Below are positions 1 to 12,326 of a stretch of DNA of 64,000 nt, piece after piece. Each line of letters begins with the position of its first letter. Position 1 is the stretch's first letter. This DNA comes from Eledone cirrhosa (Eukaryota), in assembly GCA_964016885.1 (NCBI GenBank), contig OZ024749.1, forward strand, positions 4,402,001 to 4,466,000. The letters are read 5' to 3'. The translations under genes and the position numbers were made by a program. The notes beneath the pieces are model-generated. The model ran no database searches. It was not told where the DNA came from and was given only the letters and a program-made list of their open reading frames with translations.

Positions 1-254
1 GGTGGAATGGATGCGACAGTTATTATACGAGAATTGTACCATAATTAAAATTAAAATTAAAAGCACAGAGTGGAATACATGCAACAGATAATAAAAGTCT
101 AATAATTAAAGAGGCATTGAGGAAGAATGAGGACTCTAGCAGTACACATGCAAGCGTTGTAAATATGAAACTGTTGTTTACAACATCAATATATATGTAT
201 CTATATGATTGTTCAGTTGAATAGGAGGTTATTTATATGTACAAACATTGCTAA

Positions 255-301
255 TGCTCCGATGACTCCAACCGGAAGTTTGGAAGAAACGAATGTCAGC
301 A
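255..301 (+). ncRNA. Type I hammerhead ribozyme motif (CCGAUGA core variant)
   Basis: TGCT-CCGATGA-C-TCCAA...TTGGA-A-GAAA-CGAATG-TC-AGCA. Stem I TGCT/AGCA, GUC cleavage triplet. Downstream flank resembles that of the 37329 motif. Confidence 0.65.
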
Positions 302-357
302 ATAAAATGATTTGAACATAACTTTGACAATTGTGTACTTTGTATATATATATATAT

Positions 358-780
358 GTAGAAGTGGTTATATAACAGTTAGTTCCTGCGCATGCGCAGA
401 AATGATCATTTCACAGAGGCAATACTAAATAGTGTGAGAGGTGTAAGGGAGATAATTGCGAAAGCCCGAAAGTTTCTAGTTGATAAGACAATTAGGATGT
501 TGTTGTAATTCAAACGCGGCTTTGTAGTTATGTAAGAGGTGTTTCCAGACGTGTGGATAGCGTGTGAAGAATTCAATATTTGAATTTAGGCACTCACTAT
601 TGTGTAAACTCTTTAGAATATGTATTCATTCATCAATACATAGTCCACACGACGGATTGCCCCTTGCGTATAGCTTGGACTTAGTGATGGCTTTCCATTG
701 AATGGAGTAGTCGATACTTGAGTCCTTGAGGGACCATACGTGGTTCGCGAGTTTCGGGTACCTAAAGGTATATTTCAAGC
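358..780 (-). mobile_element. PLE 3' remnant (GIY-YIG C-terminus plus pLTR with HHR segment deleted), Nematis-like
   Basis: Homologous to 3120-3745 and 29350-30250; ends at (TA)n. Confidence 0.8.
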
Positions 781-990
781 GATCATATTTATTTACTAAA
801 TATTATATATATATAAATACATAATCGGAGAAGGCTAAAAGCGAGACTCCGGCCAAATTCAAACTCACTCAACAAACATTAGGAAATATCTGAGTATATT
901 CCCAATTAAACGTTTGGGGTGCTAACTATATTGTATTGTGTGGATAATTGGCTGTATTATTTCATATGAGATATATCACATATATAATTT

Positions 991-1113
991 CCCAAACGAC
1001 TCGTTTCATTATAAGATTTCTACAAGTTGGGTGAAATTATACCAAGTTAAGTAGAAGCTTGTATAAGATCAACAGATGCTTATTCAAGTGGGTACTTATA
1101 AATCTTCAGCGGA
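991..1113 (-). ncRNA. Type I hammerhead motif with long stem II extension
   Basis: Minus strand: TCCG-CTGAAGA-T-TTATAAG...CTTATAA-T-GAAA-CGAGTCG-TT-TGGG. Confidence 0.65.
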
Positions 1114-1754
1114 TAATCACCATCAGTGATGGAGGGGACTGCTAGGTTGTTAGTCCAGCAGTTCTAAAGAAAATCTCACACTGTCCCGAAAATGGGAGGA
1201 AGGAGGCTACCGCCAAAAACAATACATGCGCAGGTCGTTGAACTCTGACAAGAATTCGAGCCACGTGCTAAGAACTCAATTGGATGTGAAAAAATAACCA
1301 TATGTGCACATCGCTTTATGACACATATAGATATTTTCTCGGGCAAAATAACAGAACAAATTACCAGAACAAACAATCAATATTCATATACAAAATAAAC
1401 AAAGAGAGTCATACCTTATATCGGGAAAGTTCATTTCTGTTGCTCAATGAGTATATATATATAATATTCAGTGAATAAATATTATCGCTTAAAATATAAC
1501 TCAGAGAAGCCTATAAATACAAATATAGAGACATCACAAATAAGGTTCACAATTGACGAAGGGGAAGGTCAATATAAAGAATACTAAAATAAGTAACCTC
1601 ACCACCGCATCGCTTGAAGCAAGACATTTTTTTATATCCTCTAATTGTAGATTCGCAATTTGGAATAACAGAATCAGCCATCTCAATTAATCAAGATGGC
1701 TAATTACCACCAGAAATGGACCTGTTATTTTTATCTAAAGACATGTTTTTCATT

Positions 1755-1920
1755 TCCAAGCCACCCGTCCCCTCAATCTATCTTATTTCTCATTCTTCCT
1801 TCTGATGAAGGACTAGCGACCGAAACATTAAGACCCTCTTCCTGCTATATCTTGCATTAACCTAATATATCCCTTCCATATACTGTTCCGATTGTGTTGT
1901 TATTTCTGTTTACCTTTTAC
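1755..1920 (+). mobile_element. Short HHR-bearing repeat (PLE pLTR-like); inverted copy at 4633-4800
   Basis: Reverse-complement similarity to 4633-4800; abuts (TA)n. Confidence 0.7.
1798..1833 (+). ncRNA. Minimal type I hammerhead motif
   Basis: CTT-CTGATGA-A-GGACTAGCGACC-GAAACATT-AAG; stem II partly decayed. Confidence 0.6.
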
Positions 1921-1924
1921 ATAC

Positions 1925-2010
<86 letters not shown>
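1921..2010. repeat. (TA)n microsatellite, one of dozens in the window
   Basis: Direct reading. Confidence 0.99.
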
Positions 2011-2011
<1 letters not shown>

Positions 2012-2200
2012 GTAGAGATTAAAATTGGCACTCCCAAAATTCTTATTTAGATTTACTCATGGTATTCTCATTAGAAACCCATTATATACTTGTTTAGCAG
2101 TAAATTAATTTACCATCTGTCATATACTATCCCCTCTGTTTCTTCCTCTATTACTAATATAAATACTTCAATTTTTCTGATTTTATCCAATTTATCCAAA

Positions 2201-2317
2201 ATCTCTGAAGAAGTGACAACTGATTATACATTTGCTATCGAATACCTGCTAACATTATATGATTACGCAAGCAGCGATACATAGGTATTCCGTCTGTTAC
2301 AGAAACATATGTCAATA
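2201..2317 (+). ncRNA. Decayed hammerhead motif with long stem II extension
   Basis: CTGAAGA-A-GTGACA...TGTTAC-A-GAAA-CATATG-TC, with inner helix GAATACCT/AGGTATTC; stem I poorly paired. Confidence 0.5.
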
Positions 2318-2481
2318 CCTAATAAATTCCTTTTTTAAAAAAAGCACTTTCATTTTATATTCATCCTTTCTACATTTTCTCCGGAATATAATTTATACTC
2401 GTTGAGCAAACCTGCACGTACGCTGTTCATCTCTAACGTAACGATATATTATCACTACATTATTGATAACCTGAAATTTTA

Positions 2482-2518
<37 letters not shown>

Positions 2519-2794
2519 AGGAGGAGAAGGAAACATATTTAAAACCAAACTTTACATCATACAAGGGTTTCATCTATACAATAAGCAGTAACATTTCACA
2601 CATATTTGTACGTGTACATTGGTATTAGTGATATTATTAGTCGAAACTTGTGGCCAATAAATGAAATCGTTATTAGTGATATTAGTATAGAACCTTCAGA
2701 GAAGAAAGAATTGTTTATGTTGATGTTATTTGAGGTTAGACCAACTAATCATTCTGTATCCAACTTTTTCATGATACATATCTCATCTCTAATA

Positions 2795-2980
2795 TACATT
2801 TGGCAGTATCGGTAGAGGGTCGGACAACATGCTTTGTAGCACAGAGTTACGCCCCTTTCTGATCTGAGTTCAAATCCTGCCGAGGTTAACTTTGCTTTCA
2901 TCCTTACGGGGTCGATAAAATAAAGTACAGGTATTGCACTGGATAATTGCTGGCCTTGTGCCAACAATTAGAAACAATTA
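2795..2980 (+). mobile_element. tRNA-derived SINE (octopod type)
   Basis: A box TGGCAGTATCGG, B box GAGTTCAAATCC, body GAGGTTAACTTTGC(C)TTTCATCCTTACGGGGTCGATAAAATAAAGTAC; about ten copies or fragments in the window. Confidence 0.85.
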
Positions 2981-3018
2981 TATATATATATATAATACAT
3001 GTATTATATATATATAAT

Positions 3019-3118
3019 AGGTTAACTTTGCCTTTCATCCTTACGGGGTCGTTAAAATAAAGTACCAGTAATGTACTGGATCATTGCTGGCCTTGTGCCA
3101 ATAGTAGAAACAATTATA
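3019..3118 (+). mobile_element. 5'-truncated SINE, same family
   Basis: Matches 2883-2980. Confidence 0.85.
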
Positions 3119-3121
3119 TAT

Positions 3122-3745
3122 ATGGTGGTTAAGGAGGGCCGATTCGAAGAGCGTTTCCTGAACCACCAGTCTACCTTCAGATACCCGGACAGACGTTCCC
3201 CCACGAAACTCGCGAGCCACGTATGGTAACTCAAGGACTCAAGTATAGGCTACTCCATTCAATGGAAAGCCATCACTAAGTCCAAGCCATACGAAAGGGG
3301 AATTCCGACGTGTGGCTTATGTATTGACGAACGAATACCTATCCTAAAGAGATTACGCAATAGTGATTGCCTAAACACGAGGAGTGAATTGTTCACACGT
3401 TGTCCACACGTCACCAAACATCTATTGCATAACTACAAGGCTCTGGACTGATTCTTTGTAATTTTATTTTTAATTCTTTTAATTTTATTTTCAACCTAAA
3501 ATCTTTCCGGACTATCGCAGTCTAGTATTGCCTGTGTGAAGTGACCGAGTTTCTGCGCATGCGCGTTCGTTCGGTTGTCCTTCCTGTTCCTATAACCATA
3601 CACAACCCGAGCTGAAGATCCGCGATAGTGAAACAATTGTTCTCGGTATGGTTAACTAAATGGTGTGTAACCACTCCTACCAAACTTGTCCCTTGGACTG
3701 AGTGCTCTATCGCTACGGATATTACCTTCCAGTGCTCGGCCACAA
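3122..3745 (+). mobile_element. PLE 3' remnant (GIY-YIG C-terminus plus pLTR), Nematis-like
   Basis: Translates to EGRFEERFLNHQSTFRYPDRRSPTKLASHVW*LKD...CGLCIDERIPIL...CPH; homologous to 29350-30270; ends at (TA)n. Confidence 0.85.
3607..3646 (+). ncRNA. Type I hammerhead motif in pLTR
   Basis: CCGAG-CTGAAGA-TCCGCGATAGT-GAAA-CAATTG-TT-CTCGG. Stem I 5 bp, palindromic stem III ACAATTGT. Copies at 7177-7216 (+) and 29384-29423 (-). Confidence 0.7.
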
Positions 3746-3799
3746 TATATATATATATATTGTGAGGGGTGGTTGTGTGTGTGATATCAAATCTCTACT

Positions 3800-4060
3800 T
3801 AGCATGGTTTAGTGGTTAGAGCGGGTGACATTCAATTATGAAGTTGTGTGTTCGATTGTCAGCTCGGTCTTTGTGTTGTGTTCTTTATCAATACAATTTA
3901 TTTCATGTTGCCCCAGTATACTCAGCTACAGAAATGATTTGCCATGTCACTGATGCCAAGTTATATCGACCATTACCTTTCCCATGGACAACATTGCTGG
4001 CGTGGATTGAGGTGACTTGTATGCATCATCGACTTCCACCATGGTCATACTGCTTATACC
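3800..4060 (+). mobile_element. Decayed tRNA-derived SINE, second family
   Basis: A box TGGTTTAGTGG, B box GTTCGATTG; core TTTATTTCATGTT shared with 22060-22150. Confidence 0.55.
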
Positions 4061-4581
4061 AGGCACATTATTAAAATTCAATATTTTGATAATGTTCCTG
4101 GTATAAAAAGTATTTAAAACTGATTTTCAAAACAAAGTTGCAGTAGTGATTTTAAGACGCATTCGATTACATACTAGCAAATGAAACATATGTTAATGTT
4201 TGAAATAAACCTTACTGCATAGTTTATCTGTGTTAATGTTCATTCATTCATTACATATCTATTTTACTCTTTTAACCTGTTCCAGCCATCCGGCTGAGGC
4301 CATGCTGGGGCAACTCCCTTGTTGCAACACATTTTATCTCCAGCCTGTATTGGTTGGGCACTGGTACAAGGGGAAGTTTTTTGCTACTGCCCTTTATATA
4401 TATACATATATACATACATTATATATACATATATATATACATACATTATATATATATATATATACATACATTATATATATATATATACATACATTATATA
4501 TATATATGTATACATACATACATTATATATATATATATATATATAGATACATACATTATATATATACATATATACATACAT

Positions 4582-4614
<33 letters not shown>

Positions 4615-4632
4615 GCGTGTGTGTGTGTGTGT

Positions 4633-4800
4633 AACAGGTAAACAGAAATAACAACACAATCGGTTCAGTATATAGAAGGGATATATTACGTTCACGCTTG
4701 ATATAGCAGGAAGAGGGTCTTAACATTTCGGACGTTAGTCCTTCATCAGAAGAAAGAATGAGAAATAAGACAGATTGATGGGACGGGCGGGTCGGAATTG
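4633..4800 (-). mobile_element. Short HHR-bearing repeat, copy of 1755-1920
   Basis: Reverse-complement similarity. Confidence 0.7.
4718..4753 (-). ncRNA. Minimal type I hammerhead motif
   Basis: TCTT-CTGATGA-A-GGAC-TAAC-GTCC-GAAATGTT-AAGA. Confidence 0.75.
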
Positions 4801-4845
4801 ACAAAAATGTATTTAGATAAAAACAACAGGTCCATTCACGTTGAC

Positions 4846-4960
<115 letters not shown>

Positions 4961-5150
4961 GATAGATAGGTAGACAGATAGATTGATATAAACCAGTAAA
5001 TGTAGCTTAACTTACCAACGATTTAGATGATAGTATCCTATAGATTGTGCATATCATCTGTACGAAATATAACTGTAGGTCAACGTTAAATATGCACTTT
5101 CTACTTGTATGCAATATCGTATTTAGTATCATATGTACCATTAATCTGGA

Positions 5151-5316
5151 ATATAGTGTAATTTTAGCCTTTCGTATTTCACTGTCCTGGACGTTACTTA
5201 TCCAGAAATAAAACGTTATGCCTTAAACTTATTTAGAACTAGGTGAAGAACACACACACGCACACGCACGCACACACTCACTCACACACACACATACACA
5301 GATACACACACACACT

Positions 5317-5402
<86 letters not shown>

Positions 5403-5530
5403 TGTGAGTGAGTGTGTGCGAGCGTGTCCGTGTGTGTGTTCTTCACATAGTTCTAAATATGTTTAAGGCATAACGTTTTATTTCTGGATAAGTAACGTCC
5501 AGGACAGTGAAATACGAAAGGCTAAAATTA

Positions 5531-5540
<10 letters not shown>
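5151..5540. repeat. Long inverted repeat centred on (CA)n(TA)n(TG)n
   Basis: 5155-5260 is a near-perfect reverse complement of 5430-5535. Confidence 0.95.
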
Positions 5541-5585
<45 letters not shown>

Positions 5586-5689
5586 TAATAGATTCAAGTT
5601 TAAGCAAAGTGTCGCTGCTGTCACCCTTTATCCTTATTGAGCCCTATTTGGATTTAGTTTTCACATTTATTATTATTACTATATATATA

Positions 5690-7138
5690 TATATATTCAA
5701 TACCGATGGTATGTGCACAAGCACTCGATGAAAAATCGTGCACTTATGGGTTATACAACCCTCGCCAAAAAAATATGGGAACTGAAGGACAACAACACTA
5801 GCTACAGTATCAACTGGTCGAGGTTGTCGGCTGCTAAAGCCTAGAGTACAGGTATGTCCCACTGTGGGCTATGTGATCTAGAACTACTGTATATCCTTAA
5901 AAATGTAAAAAGGCTACTTAACAACAAGTTAGAAAGATCTATCTTCTGCAGACACAAAATTGCCACTAAATTCATAAGATTTAAACCTCCATGAATCGAA
6001 CCGACGTAACATAGCTTTCAACTAGGATACCCACTACTCTGCACAGATCACCACAGAAATATAATCGTTAAGTACATTCTAGCCTTCTTAGTTATATACC
6101 ACACTAATGTCTGTAAGTACCTCATCAACCCATAAACGCATCTCTTCTCAGCTGCTGTCATCACTTGATCCTAAATCCAAGAACATTCCAAAATACTACT
6201 ACAACGGAACTTTACCTTCCTCTTACTATAATTATAGTCAACATGTTTTCCCTTTGTATGTGTGTATGTATTTGTATGAGTGTGTGTGTATATGCATGCC
6301 TGTATATGTTTGTGTGTGTGTGTATATATGTGTGTATATATATATATATATATTACCTCCATAACCTCTGTATTAACTTGCCCATTATTTAGCTTTGTTA
6401 GTGTTGTCTTATACATGTATGTTATTGAGGATGGAAAAGATAGACAGAACTCTCATCTAATATAGACCACACAAATTCTACCTACTACAATGATAAATAC
6501 TTCATCGGTCAGATAAAAACCGACTATTACGGCCTCCTGACCTACATTGTTTAAAAACACCAGCTTATCTTTACACTTGATATAATACACCCTACGACAG
6601 TCTTTACATGTCAATTTTATACATCTGCCTCATGTCAGCTAGTTTTACACGCTAAAATCATCGATATACTATACTTCCCACCTAAATTGATGTTGTGATT
6701 ATTTCAAATAATTTATTGCTAGCATTTTGATATTGTTGTTATTGTTCTAACTGAATGCCATTACTACTACATATAGTAGCCTGTATATTCTCTTCATTCT
6801 CGCAAGCTCCGATGAACTGACTGGTTATAATTTTGTATTGGCGATCGAGTAACGCGAAAATAAGCGGAGAACGAACTCTAGACCTACCAGTTCAGAGAAA
6901 CAATTGTCAGCAATGGGATTAAAAACCTTTTTTGTATAGCAAACCGTGTAACTCTTCTTTCCTGATTTATTATTACTCCAAGTGTTTACAACATAGGTAT
7001 TACAGCCTACTCGCAGCATCACTATGGAAACGCCTTGTTGAGTCAAACTTAGCCAAGCCATGATATCATCCACTACCCGGAGTACCATAACTGGACTACA
7101 CCTAAGTGGACTGCATATAACTATTATTTGTTACCCCG
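5690..7138 (+). mobile_element. Decayed PLE 3' end (GIY-YIG C-terminus plus long 3' region with HHR)
   Basis: About 5810-5993 translates to NWSRLSAAKA*STGMSHCGLCDLELLYILKNVKRLLNNKLERSIFCRHK...FKPP*; HHR at 6806; ends at (TA)n. Confidence 0.7.
6806..6911 (+). ncRNA. Type I hammerhead motif, CCGAUGA core, long stem II extension
   Basis: GCT-CCGATGA-A-CTGACTGGT...ACCAGTTCAG-A-GAAA-CAATTG-TC-AGC. Confidence 0.7.
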
Positions 7139-7164
7139 TATATATATATATATATATATATATA

Positions 7165-7260
7165 AACATGCGCATCCCGAGCTGAAGATCCGCTAATGTG
7201 AAAAGAGTGTTCTCGGTATGGTGACCTAACTGTTGTGTAACCACTTCTACCTAACTCGTC

Positions 7261-7265
<5 letters not shown>
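7165..7265 (+). mobile_element. Solo pLTR fragment with decayed HHR (7177-7216) between TA tracts
   Basis: Matches 3600-3695. Confidence 0.75.
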
Positions 7266-7312
<47 letters not shown>

Positions 7313-7479
7313 GTATGTAGGTATATATATATATATATATATGTGTGTATATGTATATATATATATATATATTAATAATAATAATAATAGTAATAACAAT
7401 AAATTTGAAGACTAAAATCCAATGAGGGCTCGATAAGGATAAATATATATCAAATATATAAGAACCGGAGAGCAAATAT

Positions 7480-9361
7480 TAATTAAAATAGCAGATTAAA
7501 GTTTAAGCAAAGAATCGCTGCTTTCACCCTTAACGGGATCTTCTGAAACTAACAAAGTCAATATGTGAACGCAGAAGTAAATATTTCAAAAAAATTTGAA
7601 ACCGGAGGAAGACAGGAAGGCGATACTTTGGTTCGTGGAAACGTTGCCTGCCAGAGAACGGGAAAAAACGAATATAATACGTCATTATTTGGAACGGTGA
7701 AAAACAATTACACGCAAAAACAAAGCCACGTTTATGGTATAAAAGAAGTCGTTGACTAGTATTCTATTAGGTGGTTCATAGAGACGTTCTCTGGCAATGA
7801 ACGGAAAAAGCGAAGATAATACGTCATATGTGGAGCGGTGAGAACAATTGCACGCAAAGACAAAACCACGTAAATGGTATAACTGAAGTCGTAGACTAAA
7901 ATTCTAACTAGGAAACCGAAAGATTCTCAGCTTCAGAGTTAAGAATAGAGTAAATAAAATACAGAGGTAATTGAAATTAAATAAATACATACACGCATCC
8001 ATTTACGTACATACACAAGCATACGCGAAAACATACGCCATAGGTAAACAAATAGACGCACGTACACAACAACAACGACAACAACAACACAAAACCAACG
8101 CACATACAGAACCCACGCAACGCCTGTACCTGCACGCATACGAATGTATACACCAAAGACACATAAACATATATATAAAAATATACAAATTAATATATAT
8201 ATGTGTGTGTGCGTGTATACATATAATTAAATAAACGTATATAAATAAATAAATACGTATATAACAAGCGCACACACATACCTACATGTAAATACACATA
8301 TGTTTGGAGAGAAACGTCAACCAAAACACGAAGTACACATATACACACACCCTACATACATACGAACCCGCATACTCACACAGACGCAAAACTCACGTAT
8401 ACACATAACCAAAAGCATATGTACCAGAATATATAAAGTATACGCCATAACACATACAATCAAATGTACGTACGAGGAAGTATGCGTACCTTCACAAAAC
8501 ATACAGGAAATATATACTTACCTATACAAATAAGTAATGGTATAAACATAACATATACTTAGCTACCACAAGACGTAAAATATCCACGTACAGGGTCGTA
8601 CTATCCGTTAGGGTATAATGTGGGGCTGTAATACAGGAAATTGTTGTGTAATTTATGTTTGCAAACCGAAATTGCATCAGATTTTTTGTTTAAGATGTGG
8701 TCTTTGGCGTAGAGTATTTCCAGAGCCTCAGCGGGCAGACGTCGTATGGTCTTTTATTTCCGTTATACGATCTAGCCCTAGCTAGTATCTCCCAGTGTAA
8801 CTTATATTGGGTATGGTTGTCTTTTAGACTCCAGATATAAGCTGAAAGGGACGTCATATTCCTTCTTAGGGGGTAACGAAAAGAATGGGTATGCATGTAA
8901 AGACGCTGCTTGAATCTATTGGCGGTTAACCCTATGTAGGCCTTACGGGACGTGGGTGTTTCAACCTTACATTTGTGGACAATGTTACTATAGAGGAATT
9001 TCCCGGATAAGGGACAGTCAACCCGATTCCTACAATTACAGTTAGTACTAACTACAGGGTTACACGTGTTCCTACTGCTAGGTAGTTTAGCTAAATTTGA
9101 AGCTGTGATGTTATGTGCAAGGTTAGGAGTCGTAGAGTAAGAAATTTTAATAGTATTTCTATTAAAAATGTTACTATATTTATGTGTAGGGAAAAATGCT
9201 TCATAATAAGGGAGAGAAGGATCTTAGCTAATGGTGTGGCCACCTCCCTATTATATGGTGGGTTATACCACATAATGCATCGGGATCTATTTCTTCTACG
9301 TCTATTCTCGTACTCTGTATATGGTACCTTGTTGACATCCCCAGCAGAATCAGCGAAAATA
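7480..9361 (-). mobile_element. 5'-truncated PLE (thumb, GIY-YIG, 3' region with ~140-bp tandem duplication), Nematis-like
   Basis: Minus strand motifs WYNPPYN, CNCRNRVDCPL, YIGLTANRFK, TSLSAYIWSLKD...WEILARA; 7480-8430 recurs at 23890-24720. Confidence 0.8.
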
Positions 9362-11498
9362 ACCGATCTAGGGACCTAACAGACTGTATAATAGGTAGCA
9401 TGTTGCTGTGGAGAAATGCGTAGAAATGATCAGTGAGAGCAATGTTGAATTCCGTGGGATTGATACCAGCGAGCTGGGACTCCTACTTAAACTTACCTAT
9501 AGTAATAATTATCTAGATACGTATGACCTTAGCAACCTGTGCCCTACAAGTCCAGCAAGAGGCAGACCACCTACCATTACCCCAATGGCCAAGAAAACCC
9601 ACACAGAAAGATGGAACGGGTGGACCAGAGCCATACGGACCCCCGAAAACCACGATGAACTAAAGAAAATGATTGCACACGCGGAGGGGGCCAGTATAAA
9701 ACTAACCCTTAAGGAACATATGTTCAAATTTAATTAAAAAAAATATGCCCAAGAGGAGGGATCAGCCATTGGTGTTAGCATTGCAGGTGACATACCAAAC
9801 CTATTCATGGTATGGCGGGACAATAAACTTAAACTCAAAATTAAACTTAAACTTAAAATTAAAGAACAATTAGAAAACAGCAACCTCTTAACCCTGATAA
9901 TGTACTCCCGCTACGTTGATCATATAAACATCGTAGTAAAAACACTCCCACTCGACAACAGTCAGGAATTAGAGAAAAAACACCCTGGAAAGCATCCAGC
10001 AAATAGTTAACTTCATCCACCAGAGTATTAGAGTTACTATAGACTACCCAAGCAAACACCCCAACCATCGATTACCTGTACTAGACACAGAGCTCTGGTT
10101 AGAAACCATTAATAACAAAGAAAAAAATCCTCCATTCCCATTAAGCCAAACACATGACTTCCAAATATCTGAACCACCGAAACTCAGCTGTTTCGGATCA
10201 CAGCAAAATCAACATACAGATTGCGGATTTAGTAAGGGTGATGAGAAACGTGTCCCGCAAGAGAAGCACCAATATCTAGAGAGACACATACAACACTTCA
10301 TCCACCGTATGCAGTTCTCTGGTTACAATCAGACAGATAAAATCAGAGTATATAGAGGAACCAGAACCAAATGGGAAAAAATGGTAAATAATTATACAAA
10401 TGGGACCTGCCCCTTGTATAGGAGCAAATTTTGGAATAGAATAGAAAGAACAAGGAATAAGGTTAATATAATAAACTCCTGGTATGATAGCAATAAATAC
10501 CAGAGTGTAATGTTCATCAATACAACCCCTAGAGGTCAATTAGCTTACAAATTTAGAAGCTCCCTAGATAAATTTAAACTTAATATTAAGACAGTAGAAA
10601 GACCAGGTACCTCCATAAAAACACTTATTAGTAATACATACCCTTTTCAAGGACCTCCCTGTATAGATAAGAAATGCATAATCTGTAAACTAAGCCCTCA
10701 TATTAAATGTAAAACTAGAAATGTAGTATATATCGTAAGATGTACTGAAAGACAATGTAAAGATAAGAATATAGTGAACATAGGTGAGACAGCTCGTAGT
10801 ATAGGAGAACGGTTAAATGAACGGTTAAATGAACACTGAACAAGATAAAAACGAATCATCAATACTCCACCAACATGCTAAAATAGAACATAAGGGCACA
10901 TTAGAGAACATACAAATAAAAGTAGAATCCACTCACAGAAAAGACGCAATGTTTAGACAAATCACAGAGGCAGTAAACATAAATGAACTCCAACCAAATT
11001 TAAATAGAAAACATGAAGGGAACAGCAACATCACAACTTACAATTAAGGACAAAATGAAAACACACACACGCATAGAACAAACAACCAACCAGTAACATG
11101 TAAATAAACAAATAAATAAACAAATAAAAACACACACAGACACCCGGATGTAACACATGCGCAAACAAAGCACAGAACACACACACAATCAAGATGGCGT
11201 AGGACAGAACAAAGGAGAGGCACAAAACAAAGAAAAAGAATCCCCAGTCACTGAAGAGGTCACAGAATGTCTGACGAAAGAACTTTGACAATATATGAGC
11301 AACCGTCCGGTTATGGAACCAACCAACCATCCGGAAATTTATAAATTCTTAAATTTATAAATGTAATTTATAATAAATTGGAGTGAAGCAACTGGTGCGT
11401 GTGTTTCTTATTGGCAACATGACTCTCCCAAAGCATAACAATATCGGTTTCAACACACGTTTTCAGATAAAGAATCTTGCTAATCAAATTCAGAAAAG

Positions 11499-11503
<5 letters not shown>
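9362..11503 (+). mobile_element. Decayed 5'-truncated copy of the Naiad-like PLE
   Basis: ORF pieces at 9408, 9807, 10309 and 10829 match the 48592-51288 protein; YVDD changed to YVDH, multiple frameshifts; HHR at 11246-11289; ends at (TA)n. Confidence 0.95.
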
Positions 11504-11540
<37 letters not shown>

Positions 11541-11738
11541 GTTGCTTCACCATTTTGTTTGTTTACCCTCGCGTCCCCTTTATTTACGTGTCCCAACGAC
11601 TTTTTATAGCCGTTGCTCGCACCAACCGGAGGTATATGGTCTTTAAAGCGATGAAATGCCTATGATGGTTGGAAGATCACTGATGAAGGACAAACGTTTT
11701 CATATGTAACCCATTTGCAACTCGGCAGCGCCCTTATT

Positions 11739-11854
<116 letters not shown>

Positions 11855-12276
11855 GAGAGAGATATTACATTTGTTTAAGGGTGAAATTAGCAGGATGTAT
11901 TTATGACTTCTATTTTGTATTGAATGAATCGTGACAGGAAATATTTGGTCTTCAACGTAAGAAGATCTGATATTCATGAACTAATTTACTTATATTGGAA
12001 ACAACAGAAATGTTTTTTACATTCATTGAGAACAGCACTATACTATGTTTATATATATATCGCAGTTACTTGAATATGGGGATCATATTTTGTTTTCTCA
12101 ACTATATAGGTGGTTATAGAACCGAAGTGCTTTTCTATGCTTGCTATATAAGCGTGTTTCAAACTTATTGAGTATGAAAGTTATTGTCATAAACTATCTG
12201 AGAAAATATCTTCTGTGCATTCTCAAATTGCAACGACCGGAGCTTGTTTTCTCTCTCTCTTTTTCTCTCTGTCTCA

Positions 12277-12326
<50 letters not shown>

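Noticed and set aside
2795-2885. tRNA gene
   Set aside because: A and B boxes continue into a multi-copy SINE body; no cloverleaf
7515-7550. CAGAAGA-TCCC..GGGT-GAAA as a hammerhead (also near 23915)
   Set aside because: No stem I partner or UH site; the GAAA pairs in another helix
11678-11705. Isolated CTGATGA hits (11680, 21422, 28778, 32341) and GAAACCGGTC at about 15488-15500 (minus)
   Set aside because: The other half of the core or the helices are missing; at most heavily decayed
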